A stretch of DNA of 63,610 nucleotides, the filler included, from Candidatus Woesearchaeota archaeon (GTDB taxonomy: Archaea > Nanobdellota > Nanobdellia > Woesearchaeales > GCA-2687795): NCBI GenBank assembly GCA_030753365.1. It is 10 parts of 10 records of this genome, joined end to end, with 100 filler letters (N's around TTAATTAATTAA, not from the genome) between each part and the next. Parts side by side here need not be neighbours in the genome. Positions count along the whole stretch, not along the records: positions 18,577 to 32,421 come from JASMCJ010000004.1; positions 32,522 to 41,311 come from JASMCJ010000005.1; 8 more parts are not named here. One strand, 5' to 3'. The stretch's first letter is position 1. The number at the start of each line of letters is the position of its first letter. Below are positions 23,873 through 33,011 of this stretch, one piece after another. A program made the translations under genes and the position numbers. A model generated the notes under the pieces. It was given only the letters and a program-made list of their open reading frames with translations, did no database searches and had not been told where the DNA came from.

Positions 23873-24705
23873 GTTCAAGAATTGTCTTTAGTGATATTGA
23901 TGGATGTATGGGAGAGTTTGTTAAGCCAGATTATCCTGATAAACAGGATTTGAATGGTAATATGGAGAATCTGGAGATGATTAAAAGTAAGACACTTAAG
24001 TTTAAGGATACTTTGTTTGGAGTTTGCACTTCAAGAAGTTACCATATTGCAGATAATATTATGGAGCAGTCTAATCATATAGGACCTTCTATTTTTGAGG
24101 GAGGTAATGTGATTTTTGAGCCAGAGGTTGGAGTGTATAATTTGTTTGAGAAACATCCTAAGCTTAAGGATTCAATAGAGGTTGTAAGAGGCTTTGTTGA
24201 ATGGAGAAAAGAGATGGAAAATTTTGAGGATGAGATTAAAGAGAGGTTTAAGGATGCTAAGGTAAGACATATGAAGGAGAGGACGTGCATGCTCACTTAT
24301 GAGTTTGAAAAGAATATTGGAAAGGATTTGTTTGAGTTTATTGTGAAGAATAAGATGCCGGCAGAGGTTAAGGATGCTATTGATAAAGGTGTTTTGAAGG
24401 TTTTGTTTTGTGATATTGCTATTGATATTCTGCCTAATCTTAGTAAAGGAGATGCGGTTAGTTTTCTTTTAGAGAAGTATAAGATTAGAAAAGAAGATTC
24501 TTTTTCTATTGGAGATTCAAGCCATAGTGATTTGGACTTTTTGAATGCTACCGGACTGGCAGGATGCCCTAATAATGCTGATGAGGAGCTTAAAAGACTT
24601 GTAGTATCAAAAGAGGAGAAAGGGTTTGTTTCAGATAAAGAACATGCAGAGGGTATGGCTGAGATATTAGATAAGGTTTATGAGAAGTGGTTTAAGGATG
24701 AATAA
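23869..24705 (+). CDS. HAD-superfamily (IIB, Cof/SPP-like) phosphatase
   Basis: Motif I SDIDG, motif II CTSR, motif III SKG, motif IV GDSSHSD; overlaps both neighbours. Confidence 0.8.
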   Translation: MSSRIVFSDIDGCMGEFVKPDYPDKQDLNGNMENLEMIKSKTLKFKDTLFGVCTSRSYHIADNIMEQSNHIGPSIFEGGNVIFEPEVGVYNLFEKHPKLKDSIEVVRGFVEWRKEMENFEDEIKERFKDAKVRHMKERTCMLTYEFEKNIGKDLFEFIVKNKMPAEVKDAIDKGVLKVLFCDIAIDILPNLSKGDAVSFLLEKYKIRKEDSFSIGDSSHSDLDFLNATGLAGCPNNADEELKRLVVSKEEKGFVSDKEHAEGMAEILDKVYEKWFKDE

Positions 24706-25708
24706 ATTGATTGAACTTTTGAGGAATTTTGAAAAGAAGACTGTTTTGGTTATTGGAGATTATTGTGTTGATGAGTATCTTGAAGGAGATGTACAGAGTA
24801 TTGCTCCTGAAGCGCCAGTCCCAAGAGTTAGGATTGGAAATAAATGGGTTAGGATGGGCGCTGCAGGGAATGTTGTGCTTGGCATAAGAGCGCTGGGGGC
24901 AAGGACTTTTGCTGCCGGTATTATTGGAGATGATGCTATTAGTAAAGAGCTTGTTAAGAATCTTGAGGAGCATGTAGTTCATACTGAAGGATTGGTTTTT
25001 CAAAAGGGAAGGATTACTCCTAAATTTTCAAGGATTCTTGCAGGAGGAGTGCATTATCCTAAGCAGCATGTTATAAGGTTTGATGCTGAGAATGAAGAAG
25101 ATGTGCGTGAAGAGTCTGTTAAAAGTCTTATTGAGTTTATAAGGAATAATTCTGAAGAGTTTGATGCGATTATAGTTGCGGATTATGATGAGGTTGATAA
25201 GGGTGTTATAAAAAGAGAACTTCTTGATGCTATTGTAAAGGTTGCTGATGAGAAAGGGATTATACTTATTGGAGATTCTAGAAAGAATTTGGCTAATTTT
25301 AAGGGGTTTACAAGTGTTGTGCCTAATATTTTTGAGGCTGAGCTGGCTTATGGGAGAATGATTGGACAGAATGAAGATGATATTTTTAATGCTGGAAAGG
25401 AGTTGATTGAAAATCTTAATCTTAAGTCAATTCTGATTACAAGGGATAAAGAGGGGATGGATTTGATAGAGAAAGAAGGAGATGATTTTAAGAAGGTTAG
25501 TATTCCTATTTTGTCTAAGAATGTTGTTGATGTTACTGGTGCAGGGGATAGTGTTACCTGTGCTTTTACTTTAGGGCTTTGCTCATCTGGGAAAGATTTT
25601 GTGAGTTCTGCTAATTTGGCTAATCATGCTGCTTCGATTACTATTGGAAAGGAAGGGGTTGTTACTGTTACAAAAGAAGAATTGAATGAGGCTATTAAGA
25701 ATGAATAA
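24698..25708 (+). CDS. rfaE1: Heptose-7-phosphate kinase (RfaE domain I/HldA, PfkB family)
   Basis: VLVIGD..VDEYL.G....IAPEAPVP, GAAGNV, PNIFEA, DVTGAGDSV. Confidence 0.9.
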   Translation: MNKLIELLRNFEKKTVLVIGDYCVDEYLEGDVQSIAPEAPVPRVRIGNKWVRMGAAGNVVLGIRALGARTFAAGIIGDDAISKELVKNLEEHVVHTEGLVFQKGRITPKFSRILAGGVHYPKQHVIRFDAENEEDVREESVKSLIEFIRNNSEEFDAIIVADYDEVDKGVIKRELLDAIVKVADEKGIILIGDSRKNLANFKGFTSVVPNIFEAELAYGRMIGQNEDDIFNAGKELIENLNLKSILITRDKEGMDLIEKEGDDFKKVSIPILSKNVVDVTGAGDSVTCAFTLGLCSSGKDFVSSANLANHAASITIGKEGVVTVTKEELNEAIKNE

Positions 25709-26192
25709 AATCAAAACAAGGGAAGAGTTGAAGGAGTTGGTTAAAGAATTGAAGGAGCAGGGCAAGAAGATAATTACTACTAATGGCAGTTTTGATATTC
25801 TGCATGCTGGGCATGTGAAGTTTTTGCAGGAGGCTAAGGAGCAGGGTGATGTGCTTATTGTTGGAGTTAATAGCGATGCTTCTGTTAAAGAGTGGAAGAA
25901 GAAGATGAAGTATAAGGACTGGGATTCAAGGCCTATTGTGCCAGAGCAGTATAGGGCAGAGATGCTGGCTGCTTTGGAGTGCGTTGATTTTGTTAATGTT
26001 TATGATGAAGCTGATTGCCTTAAATTTATTGAGTCTGTTAAGCCGGATGTGCATGCTAATGGAGAGGATTATGGAGAGGATTGCATTGAAGCAGAGACTG
26101 TGAAGAAGTATGGCGGAAGGATTCATATTATTAAGAATTTTAAGGGATTTTCTACGAGTGAGTTGATTAGGAAGATTAAAGAGAGGTGTTAA
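25701..26192 (+). CDS. rfaE2: Heptose-1-phosphate adenylyltransferase (RfaE domain II/HldC)
   Basis: TNGSFDILHAGH, VGVNSDASV, RPI, GFSTS. Confidence 0.9.
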   Translation: MNKIKTREELKELVKELKEQGKKIITTNGSFDILHAGHVKFLQEAKEQGDVLIVGVNSDASVKEWKKKMKYKDWDSRPIVPEQYRAEMLAALECVDFVNVYDEADCLKFIESVKPDVHANGEDYGEDCIEAETVKKYGGRIHIIKNFKGFSTSELIRKIKERC

Positions 26193-26249
26193 ATGCGTTT
26201 TAACAATAATTTTAAATAGTCCTTTCTTCTGAATAATGCCTGAGGTAGG

Positions 26250-27206
26250 ATGAAGGCTATTAAAAAAGAGGTGTTTAATAGATTAATCAGTTCTCTGATT
26301 AAGAGCTATGAGGTTATAGCTCCTGTTAAGAAGGAGCTGGTTAGCTTTGAGGTTATTAAGAGGCCTGAAGAGATTTATTTTAAGACAAATTCTTATTTTC
26401 CTGTGAAAGAGTTCTTTTTTAAGAAGAATGAGACTTTGTTTAGATTTAATGGCAATAATGTGAAGGTTCCTGTTAAGAAGCCAAAGAAGAAGGTGTTGAT
26501 AGGGTTAAGGAGGTGCGACCTTAATTCTATTTTAAGGCAGGATATGGCTTTTATTGATGAGGATGTTGATGCTTATTATAAGAAGGAGAGAGAGAATTGT
26601 GTTCTTATTGGTTATCATTGCAGCAAGGTTGAGGATGAGTATTGTTTTTGCGGTTCTTTAAAATTACTGGATTTTTTTGATTTGATGTTGTATGATAAAG
26701 GCAAATCTTTTCTTGTTGAGGTTGGCTCTAAGAAGGGAGAGAAGTTTGTTAAGAGGTATAAGCAGTTTTTTAAGGAGTCTAAGGTAAAGAAGATTGATAA
26801 AGTGGTTAAGGGTTCTGACAGGCTGAAGAAGAAGGATATTTCTTCACTTTATGATCATGCTGACTGGGAGAAGGGTGTTAAGCGTTGTTTGAGTTGCGCT
26901 GCTTGTAATCTGCTTTGCCCAGGATGTTATTGTTTTGATATTAATGATAAAGTAGAGATTAAGGATTTGAGTAAGGGTGAGAGATGCAGGACTTGGGCAG
27001 CGTGCCAACTTAGATGTTTTACAAGAGTTGCAGGTGAGCATGTGTTTAGGGATAAGAGAGAGGATAGGTTTAAGCATAGAATTTATCATCAGTTACAGTA
27101 TTTTAAGGAGAAGCATGGAGTTAACCTTTGCACTGGGTGCGGAAGGTGTATTAGAGGTTGCCCTACAAGGATTGATTTTGTTAAGATTATTAATGAGATG
27201 AAATGA
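26250..27206 (+). CDS. hydB: Group 3b NiFe hydrogenase (sulfhydrogenase) beta subunit
   Basis: CLSCAACNLLCPGCYCF and CTGCGRCIRGCP 4Fe-4S motifs, RRCD, YCFC. Confidence 0.88.
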   Translation: MKAIKKEVFNRLISSLIKSYEVIAPVKKELVSFEVIKRPEEIYFKTNSYFPVKEFFFKKNETLFRFNGNNVKVPVKKPKKKVLIGLRRCDLNSILRQDMAFIDEDVDAYYKKERENCVLIGYHCSKVEDEYCFCGSLKLLDFFDLMLYDKGKSFLVEVGSKKGEKFVKRYKQFFKESKVKKIDKVVKGSDRLKKKDISSLYDHADWEKGVKRCLSCAACNLLCPGCYCFDINDKVEIKDLSKGERCRTWAACQLRCFTRVAGEHVFRDKREDRFKHRIYHQLQYFKEKHGVNLCTGCGRCIRGCPTRIDFVKIINEMK

Positions 27207-27997
27207 AGATGAAGAATGCTTATTTACCAAAACCTGTAAAGATTATCAACTTTAAGAGAGAGTCTTCTGATACTTTTACTTTAAGGCTTGGGCTTAAGGT
27301 TAAACATGAACCTGGGCAGTTCCTGCAGGTTAGCATACCAGGGATTGGAGAAGTGCCTATTTCTTTTGCTTCTTATAGCAATAAGCATGTTGAGCTGAGT
27401 ATTCATGAGGTTGGGAATGTTACTAATGCGTTGGCTAAACTGAAGAAGGGTGATAAGCTGTTGGTGAGAGGGCCGTATGGAAAAGGCTATCCTATGGAAG
27501 AGCTTAAGGGAAAGAATGTTATTATTATGGGAGGTGGATGCGGGGTTGCGCCTTTGAAGGGGGTTATAGAGTATGTTGAGAAGTTTAAGAAGGATTTTGA
27601 GGATGTTGTATTGTTTTTAGGGTTCCGATCAATTAATGATATTTTGTTTAAGGAGCATTTGTCTAGATGGAAAAAGAAGTTTTGCGTGAATACAAGCGTT
27701 GATAAAAGACCGGCAAAGACATGTTTTGGTGTTAAGGTTGGATTTATTACTAAGCTTATAGAGAAGAGTAGGCTTGAGAGTGAAAATTCAGTGGCTTTGA
27801 TGTGCGGGCCGCCTATTATGATTAATTTTATTATAAGAATATTGAAGGATAAAGGTTTCAAAGATAACCAGATTTTTGTTAGCGCAGAGAGGATGATGAA
27901 CTGTGGGATTGGAGTTTGCGGGCATTGCATGATTCATGGGAAGTATACTTGCAAGGATGGGCCTGTGTTTAGGTATGATGAGATTAAGAATGACTGA
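27203..27997 (+). CDS. hydG: Group 3b hydrogenase gamma subunit (FAD/NAD(P)-binding, 2Fe-2S)
   Basis: PGQF, GEVPIS, RGPYGKG, GGGCGVAP, CGPP, CGIGVCGHC...CKDGPVF. Confidence 0.9.
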   Translation: MKMKNAYLPKPVKIINFKRESSDTFTLRLGLKVKHEPGQFLQVSIPGIGEVPISFASYSNKHVELSIHEVGNVTNALAKLKKGDKLLVRGPYGKGYPMEELKGKNVIIMGGGCGVAPLKGVIEYVEKFKKDFEDVVLFLGFRSINDILFKEHLSRWKKKFCVNTSVDKRPAKTCFGVKVGFITKLIEKSRLESENSVALMCGPPIMINFIIRILKDKGFKDNQIFVSAERMMNCGIGVCGHCMIHGKYTCKDGPVFRYDEIKND

Positions 27998-28745
27998 AGA
28001 TAAACTAAAAGTGGGATTTTATAATATTACAGGATGCGCTGGATGTTTGCTTAGTGTGATTTTTAATGAGGATGATTTATTGCATGTTGCAAAAATTATT
28101 GATATTAAAGCGTTCCCGTTTATTAAAGAAAAAAAGAATGATGGAGAACTTGATGTGGTGTTTATGGAAGGGTTGGTTGCTTCTAATGATGATGTTAAGG
28201 TGTTGAAGGAGGTTAGGAAGAAAACTAAGGTTTTGGTTGCGTTGGGAGCCTGCGCTTGTACTGGATGCATTCCTGCTTTTAGAAATTTTATCCAGAAGGA
28301 GAATTATGAGAGGAAGGTTTTTCTTAGAAAACTGGAGTTGAGGGACCAAAAGCCTGTGCCTATTGATAAGCATGTTAAGGTAGAGTATTATATTCCAGGG
28401 TGTCCTCCTGATAAAAATGAGATTTTGACTTTTATTAAGGATATTGTACTTGGTAAGAAGCCAAGAGGGTATGATAAGCCTGTTTGTTTTGAGTGCAGAT
28501 TGAATAAGAATACTTGTTTCCTTGATAAGAAGGAGTTGTGTTTAGGGCCGATTACTAATGGCAACTGCAATTCTGTGTGTATTAATGGAGGGTTGGTGTG
28601 CTGGGGTTGTAGAGGGGCTACGCCTGACGCTAATTTTGAGACTATGATTAGTTTGTTGAAAGAGAAAGGGATTAAGGCTAAGGATATTAAGGATAGAATG
28701 AAGACTTTTGTGGGATTGAAACTGCCTAAGGAAGTAATAAGATAA
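27990..28745 (+). CDS. hydD: Group 3b hydrogenase delta (small) subunit
   Basis: GCAGC, GACACTG, PGCPP, VCFEC, CLGPIT, CWGCRG. Confidence 0.9.
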   Translation: MTEDKLKVGFYNITGCAGCLLSVIFNEDDLLHVAKIIDIKAFPFIKEKKNDGELDVVFMEGLVASNDDVKVLKEVRKKTKVLVALGACACTGCIPAFRNFIQKENYERKVFLRKLELRDQKPVPIDKHVKVEYYIPGCPPDKNEILTFIKDIVLGKKPRGYDKPVCFECRLNKNTCFLDKKELCLGPITNGNCNSVCINGGLVCWGCRGATPDANFETMISLLKEKGIKAKDIKDRMKTFVGLKLPKEVIR

Positions 28746-28834
28746 AAATACCAAACATTAAAGTACTGGGTATTTTTAATGTGAAAATTTGGTTGTGCTA
28801 TCGGGCTAAAGCTCGAGGTATCAGACCAAATTTT
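28743..28834 (+). repeat. Double-hairpin intergenic element, copy A
   Basis: TAAAAATACC/GGTATTTTTA stem, then AAAATTTGGT/ACCAAATTTT stem enclosing TCGGGC-TAAA-GCTCGA; homologous to 31491-31584 on the minus strand. Confidence 0.7.
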
Positions 28835-28839
28835 AACGA

Positions 28840-30111
28840 ATGACTGTTATAAAGCTGAATCATATTACAAAGATTGAAGGGCATGCTTCATTGAACTTGT
28901 CTATTAAGAATGGGAAGGTTGAGGTTTGCGAACTGCAGGCTGTCGAAGGTTCAAGGTATTTTGAAGGCTTGCTGAAAGGCAGGAGATATTTTGAAGCTTC
29001 TGAGATTAGTTCAAGGATTTGTGGGATTTGCTCTTGCGCGCATACGGTTACTGCTATTCAGGCGATTGAGAATGCTTTGGGAGTGGATGTGTCTGAGCAG
29101 ACTGGTTTATTGAGAGAGTTGGTGACTATTGGAGAGAGGATTAGGAGTCATGCTACACATCTTTATTTTTTAGCATTGCCTGATTATTTAGGGTATGAGT
29201 CTGCTCTTTCTATGGCGGAGAAGTATAAGAATGAACTGTCAAGAGCTTTGAAGATTATTAAGATGGGTAATGGTATTGTTAAGGTTGTTGGCGGCAGAGA
29301 TTTGCATCCTGTTTCTTTGACTGTGGGAGGTTTTCTTAAGGTGCCGTCTGAAGAGGAGTTGAAGGAGATAAGAAAGGAGTTGGAGTTGATTAAAGAAGGA
29401 ACTATTCTTACTGGAAAGCTTTTTGGAAGGTTGGAGTATCCTGAGTTTGTTAATAAGACAGAGTATTTTTCTTTGGTGAAAAGAGAAGAGTATGCTACTT
29501 TGAATGGTGATATGGTTTCAGGCTCTAAGAGATATAAGCAGGAGGAGTATAGCAAGTATCTTAAGGAGTATCATGAGAAGTATTCAACAGCAAATTTTGT
29601 TGTGAAGGAAGGAAGGTCTTATATGGTGGGGGCTTTGGCAAGAGTTAATAATAGTTATAAGAGTTTGTCAAGTGATGCCAGAAAGATTTTGAAAAGTTTT
29701 AAGATAGAGTTCCCTAATTATAACCCTTTTGTTAATAATTTTGCGCAGGCGGTTGAGATTGTTCATTTTGTTGACAGAGCTTTAGATATTTGTGATTTGT
29801 TAAAGGTTAAAGAAGAGCCTGTTAAGAAGGTTAGGCTTAGAGAAGGGCATGGGATTTCTGCTGTGGAGGTTCCTAGAGGAACTTTGTGGCATGAGTATAA
29901 GCTGGATAGTAAGGGTAGGATTACTTATGCTAATATTATAACGCCTACTACGCAGAATCTTCGAAATCTGCAGGACGATATTAGGGCGTATCTGCCTAGT
30001 GTGATGAAGCTTTCTAAAGAGAAAATGATTTTAGAGATAGAGAAGTTGATTAGGAGTTATGATCCCTGCTTTTCATGTTCTACTCATTTTTTAAAGGTTA
30101 ATTTTGTGTAA
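28840..30111 (+). CDS. hydA: Group 3b NiFe hydrogenase alpha (large) subunit
   Basis: KIEGHA, L1 SRICGICSCAH, EVPRG, L2 DPCFSCSTH plus short C-terminal extension. Confidence 0.95.
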   Translation: MTVIKLNHITKIEGHASLNLSIKNGKVEVCELQAVEGSRYFEGLLKGRRYFEASEISSRICGICSCAHTVTAIQAIENALGVDVSEQTGLLRELVTIGERIRSHATHLYFLALPDYLGYESALSMAEKYKNELSRALKIIKMGNGIVKVVGGRDLHPVSLTVGGFLKVPSEEELKEIRKELELIKEGTILTGKLFGRLEYPEFVNKTEYFSLVKREEYATLNGDMVSGSKRYKQEEYSKYLKEYHEKYSTANFVVKEGRSYMVGALARVNNSYKSLSSDARKILKSFKIEFPNYNPFVNNFAQAVEIVHFVDRALDICDLLKVKEEPVKKVRLREGHGISAVEVPRGTLWHEYKLDSKGRITYANIITPTTQNLRNLQDDIRAYLPSVMKLSKEKMILEIEKLIRSYDPCFSCSTHFLKVNFV

Positions 30112-30156
30112 ATTATTTTAGAATAATTTAAATATAATTGATTCTAAGGATAAGAT

Positions 30157-30654
30157 ATGGCAGATTTGGGATTGAAGGAGATTATTGGAATTGTGTTGGC
30201 ATTGACTTTTCTTGTTATTGGATTAGGTCTTATTAGGAGTAGCATGAGTAAGAGTAACAGAATGGTTGAGTCAGAGATGGATGCAAGGACAAGTGAGAAT
30301 TTGGAGAATATGCTGAAGGCCAAGCTTGAGACTGAGATTTTAGCGGTTTCAAGCACTGATTTAAGATTGGCAAGAGGAAAGGAGTCTACTTTTTTAATTG
30401 GTGTGAAGAATGCAGAGCCTTCTGTATCAGAATTGTCAATAGTGATTGTTAATTCTTCAGGAAGGGTGTCAGCTGATGAGATTTTTCTTTATAAGAAAGA
30501 TGCTGTTTCATTTAAGGAGATGGAGTCTCAGATTTTGATAAGTAAAGTTATGATTCCTGATGATATGCCTGATGGTAGTTATATCTTTGATGTTAACCTT
30601 ATGAAAGGAGATGAAAGGCTGAAGTCAAAGCAGATAGTGGTGAAGGTTGGTTAA
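30157..30654 (+). CDS. Hypothetical membrane-anchored protein (Ig-like?)
   Basis: N-terminal TM helix; beta-rich C-terminus with PDGSYIFDV. Confidence 0.6.
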   Translation: MADLGLKEIIGIVLALTFLVIGLGLIRSSMSKSNRMVESEMDARTSENLENMLKAKLETEILAVSSTDLRLARGKESTFLIGVKNAEPSVSELSIVIVNSSGRVSADEIFLYKKDAVSFKEMESQILISKVMIPDDMPDGSYIFDVNLMKGDERLKSKQIVVKVG

Positions 30655-30691
30655 GGCTTATGTTCTACGCATTTTTGAAGGTTAATTTTAG

Positions 30692-31429
30692 TTAGATTGG
30701 GGCATAATCTATTGCGTATAATTCATCTCCTTTTTTAGCTTCCGGAGGAAAAGTAATAAGTTTAGGAGAATCTAAGGATTCTTTTCCTTCTTCAGGTTCA
30801 GGAGGGGTTGTAGTAAGTTCGATAGAGTCTAAGAATTTGTTTAAGTCATTTTTAAAATCATTCATATCTTTATCAGGAATCTCAAGTTTGTTTTCTGGAT
30901 TTAATATTTCTGTGTTTAATATAAAATAAATTGTTCCTATTTCACTTCTATCATTTCCTAAATGAACTGTTTCAGGAGATATAATATGACCATTCACCAT
31001 ATTTAACAAGTCTTTATTTCCATTTCTGAATAAATAATAATCATTTTTTAGGTTCTCATTAACTTCTTTATAAAGATCTTTTACTGATATTCTACCTTTT
31101 CTAGTCATTTTGGTATTTTTTTCTTCAAGGGTAATGAGTTCAGGATACTTCATTCTTAACATTGGCATACTTTCATATTGCATTTTAAATAAAACAGGGA
31201 CTATTTCTCTGAAAGTATTCAAATCTTTAATTTTTTCAATTGTTTGGTAATTATATTTCTCGAATGTGAAATTTTCTGCCAGTTGTTCCAATGTTATAGC
31301 TTGTTCAACAGGGATAATTGGTTCCTGAGGTTCAGGAGAACCTCTGGCATTTACATAATTTAAAGAAGCTATTGCTATTGCAGCACAGTATGCTACGGTC
31401 CTAATTATACCCTTATTATTCATATACAA
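30692..31429 (-). CDS. Hypothetical secreted protein
   Basis: 245-aa ORF with signal-peptide-like N-terminus. Confidence 0.55.
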   Translation of the reverse strand: MYMNNKGIIRTVAYCAAIAIASLNYVNARGSPEPQEPIIPVEQAITLEQLAENFTFEKYNYQTIEKIKDLNTFREIVPVLFKMQYESMPMLRMKYPELITLEEKNTKMTRKGRISVKDLYKEVNENLKNDYYLFRNGNKDLLNMVNGHIISPETVHLGNDRSEIGTIYFILNTEILNPENKLEIPDKDMNDFKNDLNKFLDSIELTTTPPEPEEGKESLDSPKLITFPPEAKKGDELYAIDYAPI

Positions 31430-31490
31430 AGAAATAGGCTAATTCTTTTTAAAGATTTGTCTAAATTAGAGATTATTCTTATTATTCAGC

Positions 31491-31584
31491 GAAAATGGGT
31501 CTAATACCAGAGCTCTGCTCTGGTTCTTTATGTCCATTTTCTGGAGTAAAAATGCCCCACAGCTTGCTGAGATTGGGTTTTTTA
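31491..31584 (-). repeat. Double-hairpin intergenic element, copy B
   Basis: Minus strand: TAAAAAACCC..CAGC-AA-GCTG..GGGGCATTTTTA, then GAAAATGGA..ACCAGAGC-AGA-GCTCTGGT ATTAGACCCATTTTC. Confidence 0.7.
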
Positions 31585-31969
31585 CTTTCTATCATAATAA
31601 TAATCAATTATATCAGATATTAATTGTAAAGCACCTTTATAGCCTTCATCCCTTATTATCATCTCTTGGTCTACCTGAATATCATTAATGTTCTTAATAT
31701 TAGGGTTTCTTCTTTCTAATTGATCTATAGTAGTATAATCCCATGCTGCAATTTGACCTGCTCGCTCACCTTGCTTGACTATTCTTGTTTCCCCTGGAAA
31801 TCGGGATCCATACCACAAAACCCCTGCTATTGCAGCTGCCACAATAGCTGAACTAATTATCGCAAAAAGAATATGCACCAATCTTAGCAACCTTTTTTAC
31901 TATTTTCCATTTATTAGATTTTTCTAATTCCTCAATTGCATTGTTTACATCTGTTCCTAAATCTGACAT
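31582..31969 (-). CDS. Membrane-anchored LysM-domain protein (possible frameshift near 5' end)
   Basis: VKQGERAGQIAAWDYTTIDQLERRNPNIKNINDIQVDQEMII fits LysM; TM helix upstream; the SD-preceded ATG at 31969 is one base out of frame with 31582-31890. Confidence 0.65.
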
Positions 31970-31974
31970 TATAA

Positions 31975-32343
31975 TCACTTTAATATTTTTATTACTTCCT
32001 TTTTAATAACTTCTTTATTCCCTTTTTGAGGTATTCCTATTATACTTATATTTTTTATTTTTCCTAAAGATTTCATTAGTTTTAGAAAGAAGGATAGGTC
32101 AAAGTCGTGCAATGTGCAGAGCTTGTTTTCTTTTAATTGGTTAAGGTCTTTTATTTGAATGACTTCGGTTATATCTTCTACTACATCTAAGATGAAGAGG
32201 TTTTTGTCTTTGCATTCGATGATTTCATTGAAACTGTTGCACTTGATGAAGTTTATGTTGGTTAGTTTGATTTCATCAGCTAATTCTTTTGCTAAAGAAT
32301 CTTCTTTTATGAATTCATTTCCAAAGCAGAGGACGGTTGTCAT
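31975..32343 (-). CDS. Hydrogenase maturation endopeptidase-like protein (HycI/HyaD family, short)
   Basis: VLCFGNEFIKEDS, FILDVV, TLHDFDL, IIGIP; same contig as hydA. Confidence 0.7.
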   Translation of the reverse strand: MTTVLCFGNEFIKEDSLAKELADEIKLTNINFIKCNSFNEIIECKDKNLFILDVVEDITEVIQIKDLNQLKENKLCTLHDFDLSFFLKLMKSLGKIKNISIIGIPQKGNKEVIKKEVIKILK

Positions 32344-32521
32344 GATTAGTTTTATTCAGTAGTATCGGATGAGTTTTCTAAAGAAGTTGTGTTTGATTCT
32401 GAGCTGTTTAATTCTATGTTANNNNNNNNNNNNNNNNNNNNNNNNNNNNNNNNNNNNNNNNNNNNTTAATTAATTAANNNNNNNNNNNNNNNNNNNNNNN
32501 NNNNNNNNNNNNNNNNNNNNN

Positions 32522-32854
32522 TTTATTGGAAAGATTAAGAATAATAACACTACCTTCTTCCATCCCTTCAAGCTTTTCAGCAACATCTTTATCAACCAAT
32601 TCACCTCTCTCTTTTGGTTCCTGCAGGATAAGTTCACAATCAAGCTTCTGTTCCTTTGCAGCCAGATAATAAGCTGCAGAAAGAATAGGTGAAATATGTT
32701 TCCCTTTACTCCCTCTATCTCCTATAATCAGGATTTTTTCATCTTTAACAGCAAGGCACTCAGTAAAAATATTTCTCACAAAAGAAGAATTCTTTCTTGA
32801 TATATCTAGCAACTTTCTTTCTCTCAGCCAGTTAATTGCTTTTTTAGTTTCCAA
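32522..32854 (-). CDS. Probable M29-type aminopeptidase N-terminus (3'-truncated)
   Basis: IFTECLAVKDEKILIIGD...AYYLAA resembles the M29 N-terminal region; fragment only. Confidence 0.45.
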
Positions 32855-32875
32855 TTTAATCTACCTAAACTTTAA

Positions 32876-32929
32876 TAAAAATAAAAAAGGCTCCCTGAGG
32901 GGGGGTTAGAAATAGGAATGGGAGCCTTT
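32876..32929 (-). terminator. GC hairpin followed by T-tract
   Basis: Minus strand: AAAGGCTCCC-(24 nt, C-rich)-GGGAGCCTTT followed by TTTATTTTTATT. Confidence 0.55.
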
Positions 32930-33011
32930 AGTGATCATTAAGGTGAAAAATTGGCCCATTATTAATAAGCCAATCTTTTGAAGTAATTGAGGTCATCATG
33001 TTCATTTTCAT
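32928..33011 (-). CDS. Putative 27-aa peptide (leader or small protein)
   Basis: MKMNMMTSITSKDWLINNGPIFHLNDH; TTTATATA box about 25 nt upstream; stop codon overlaps the hairpin. Confidence 0.35.
   Translation of the reverse strand: MKMNMMTSITSKDWLINNGPIFHLNDH

Noticed and set aside
30058..30090. Selenocysteine (NiFeSe) hydrogenase
   Set aside because: The L2 motif is DPCFSC with ordinary Cys codons
31892..31898. A-AAA-AAG slippery heptamer as a programmed -1 frameshift in the LysM gene
   Set aside because: The -1 frame stops after two codons; the LysM frame is +1
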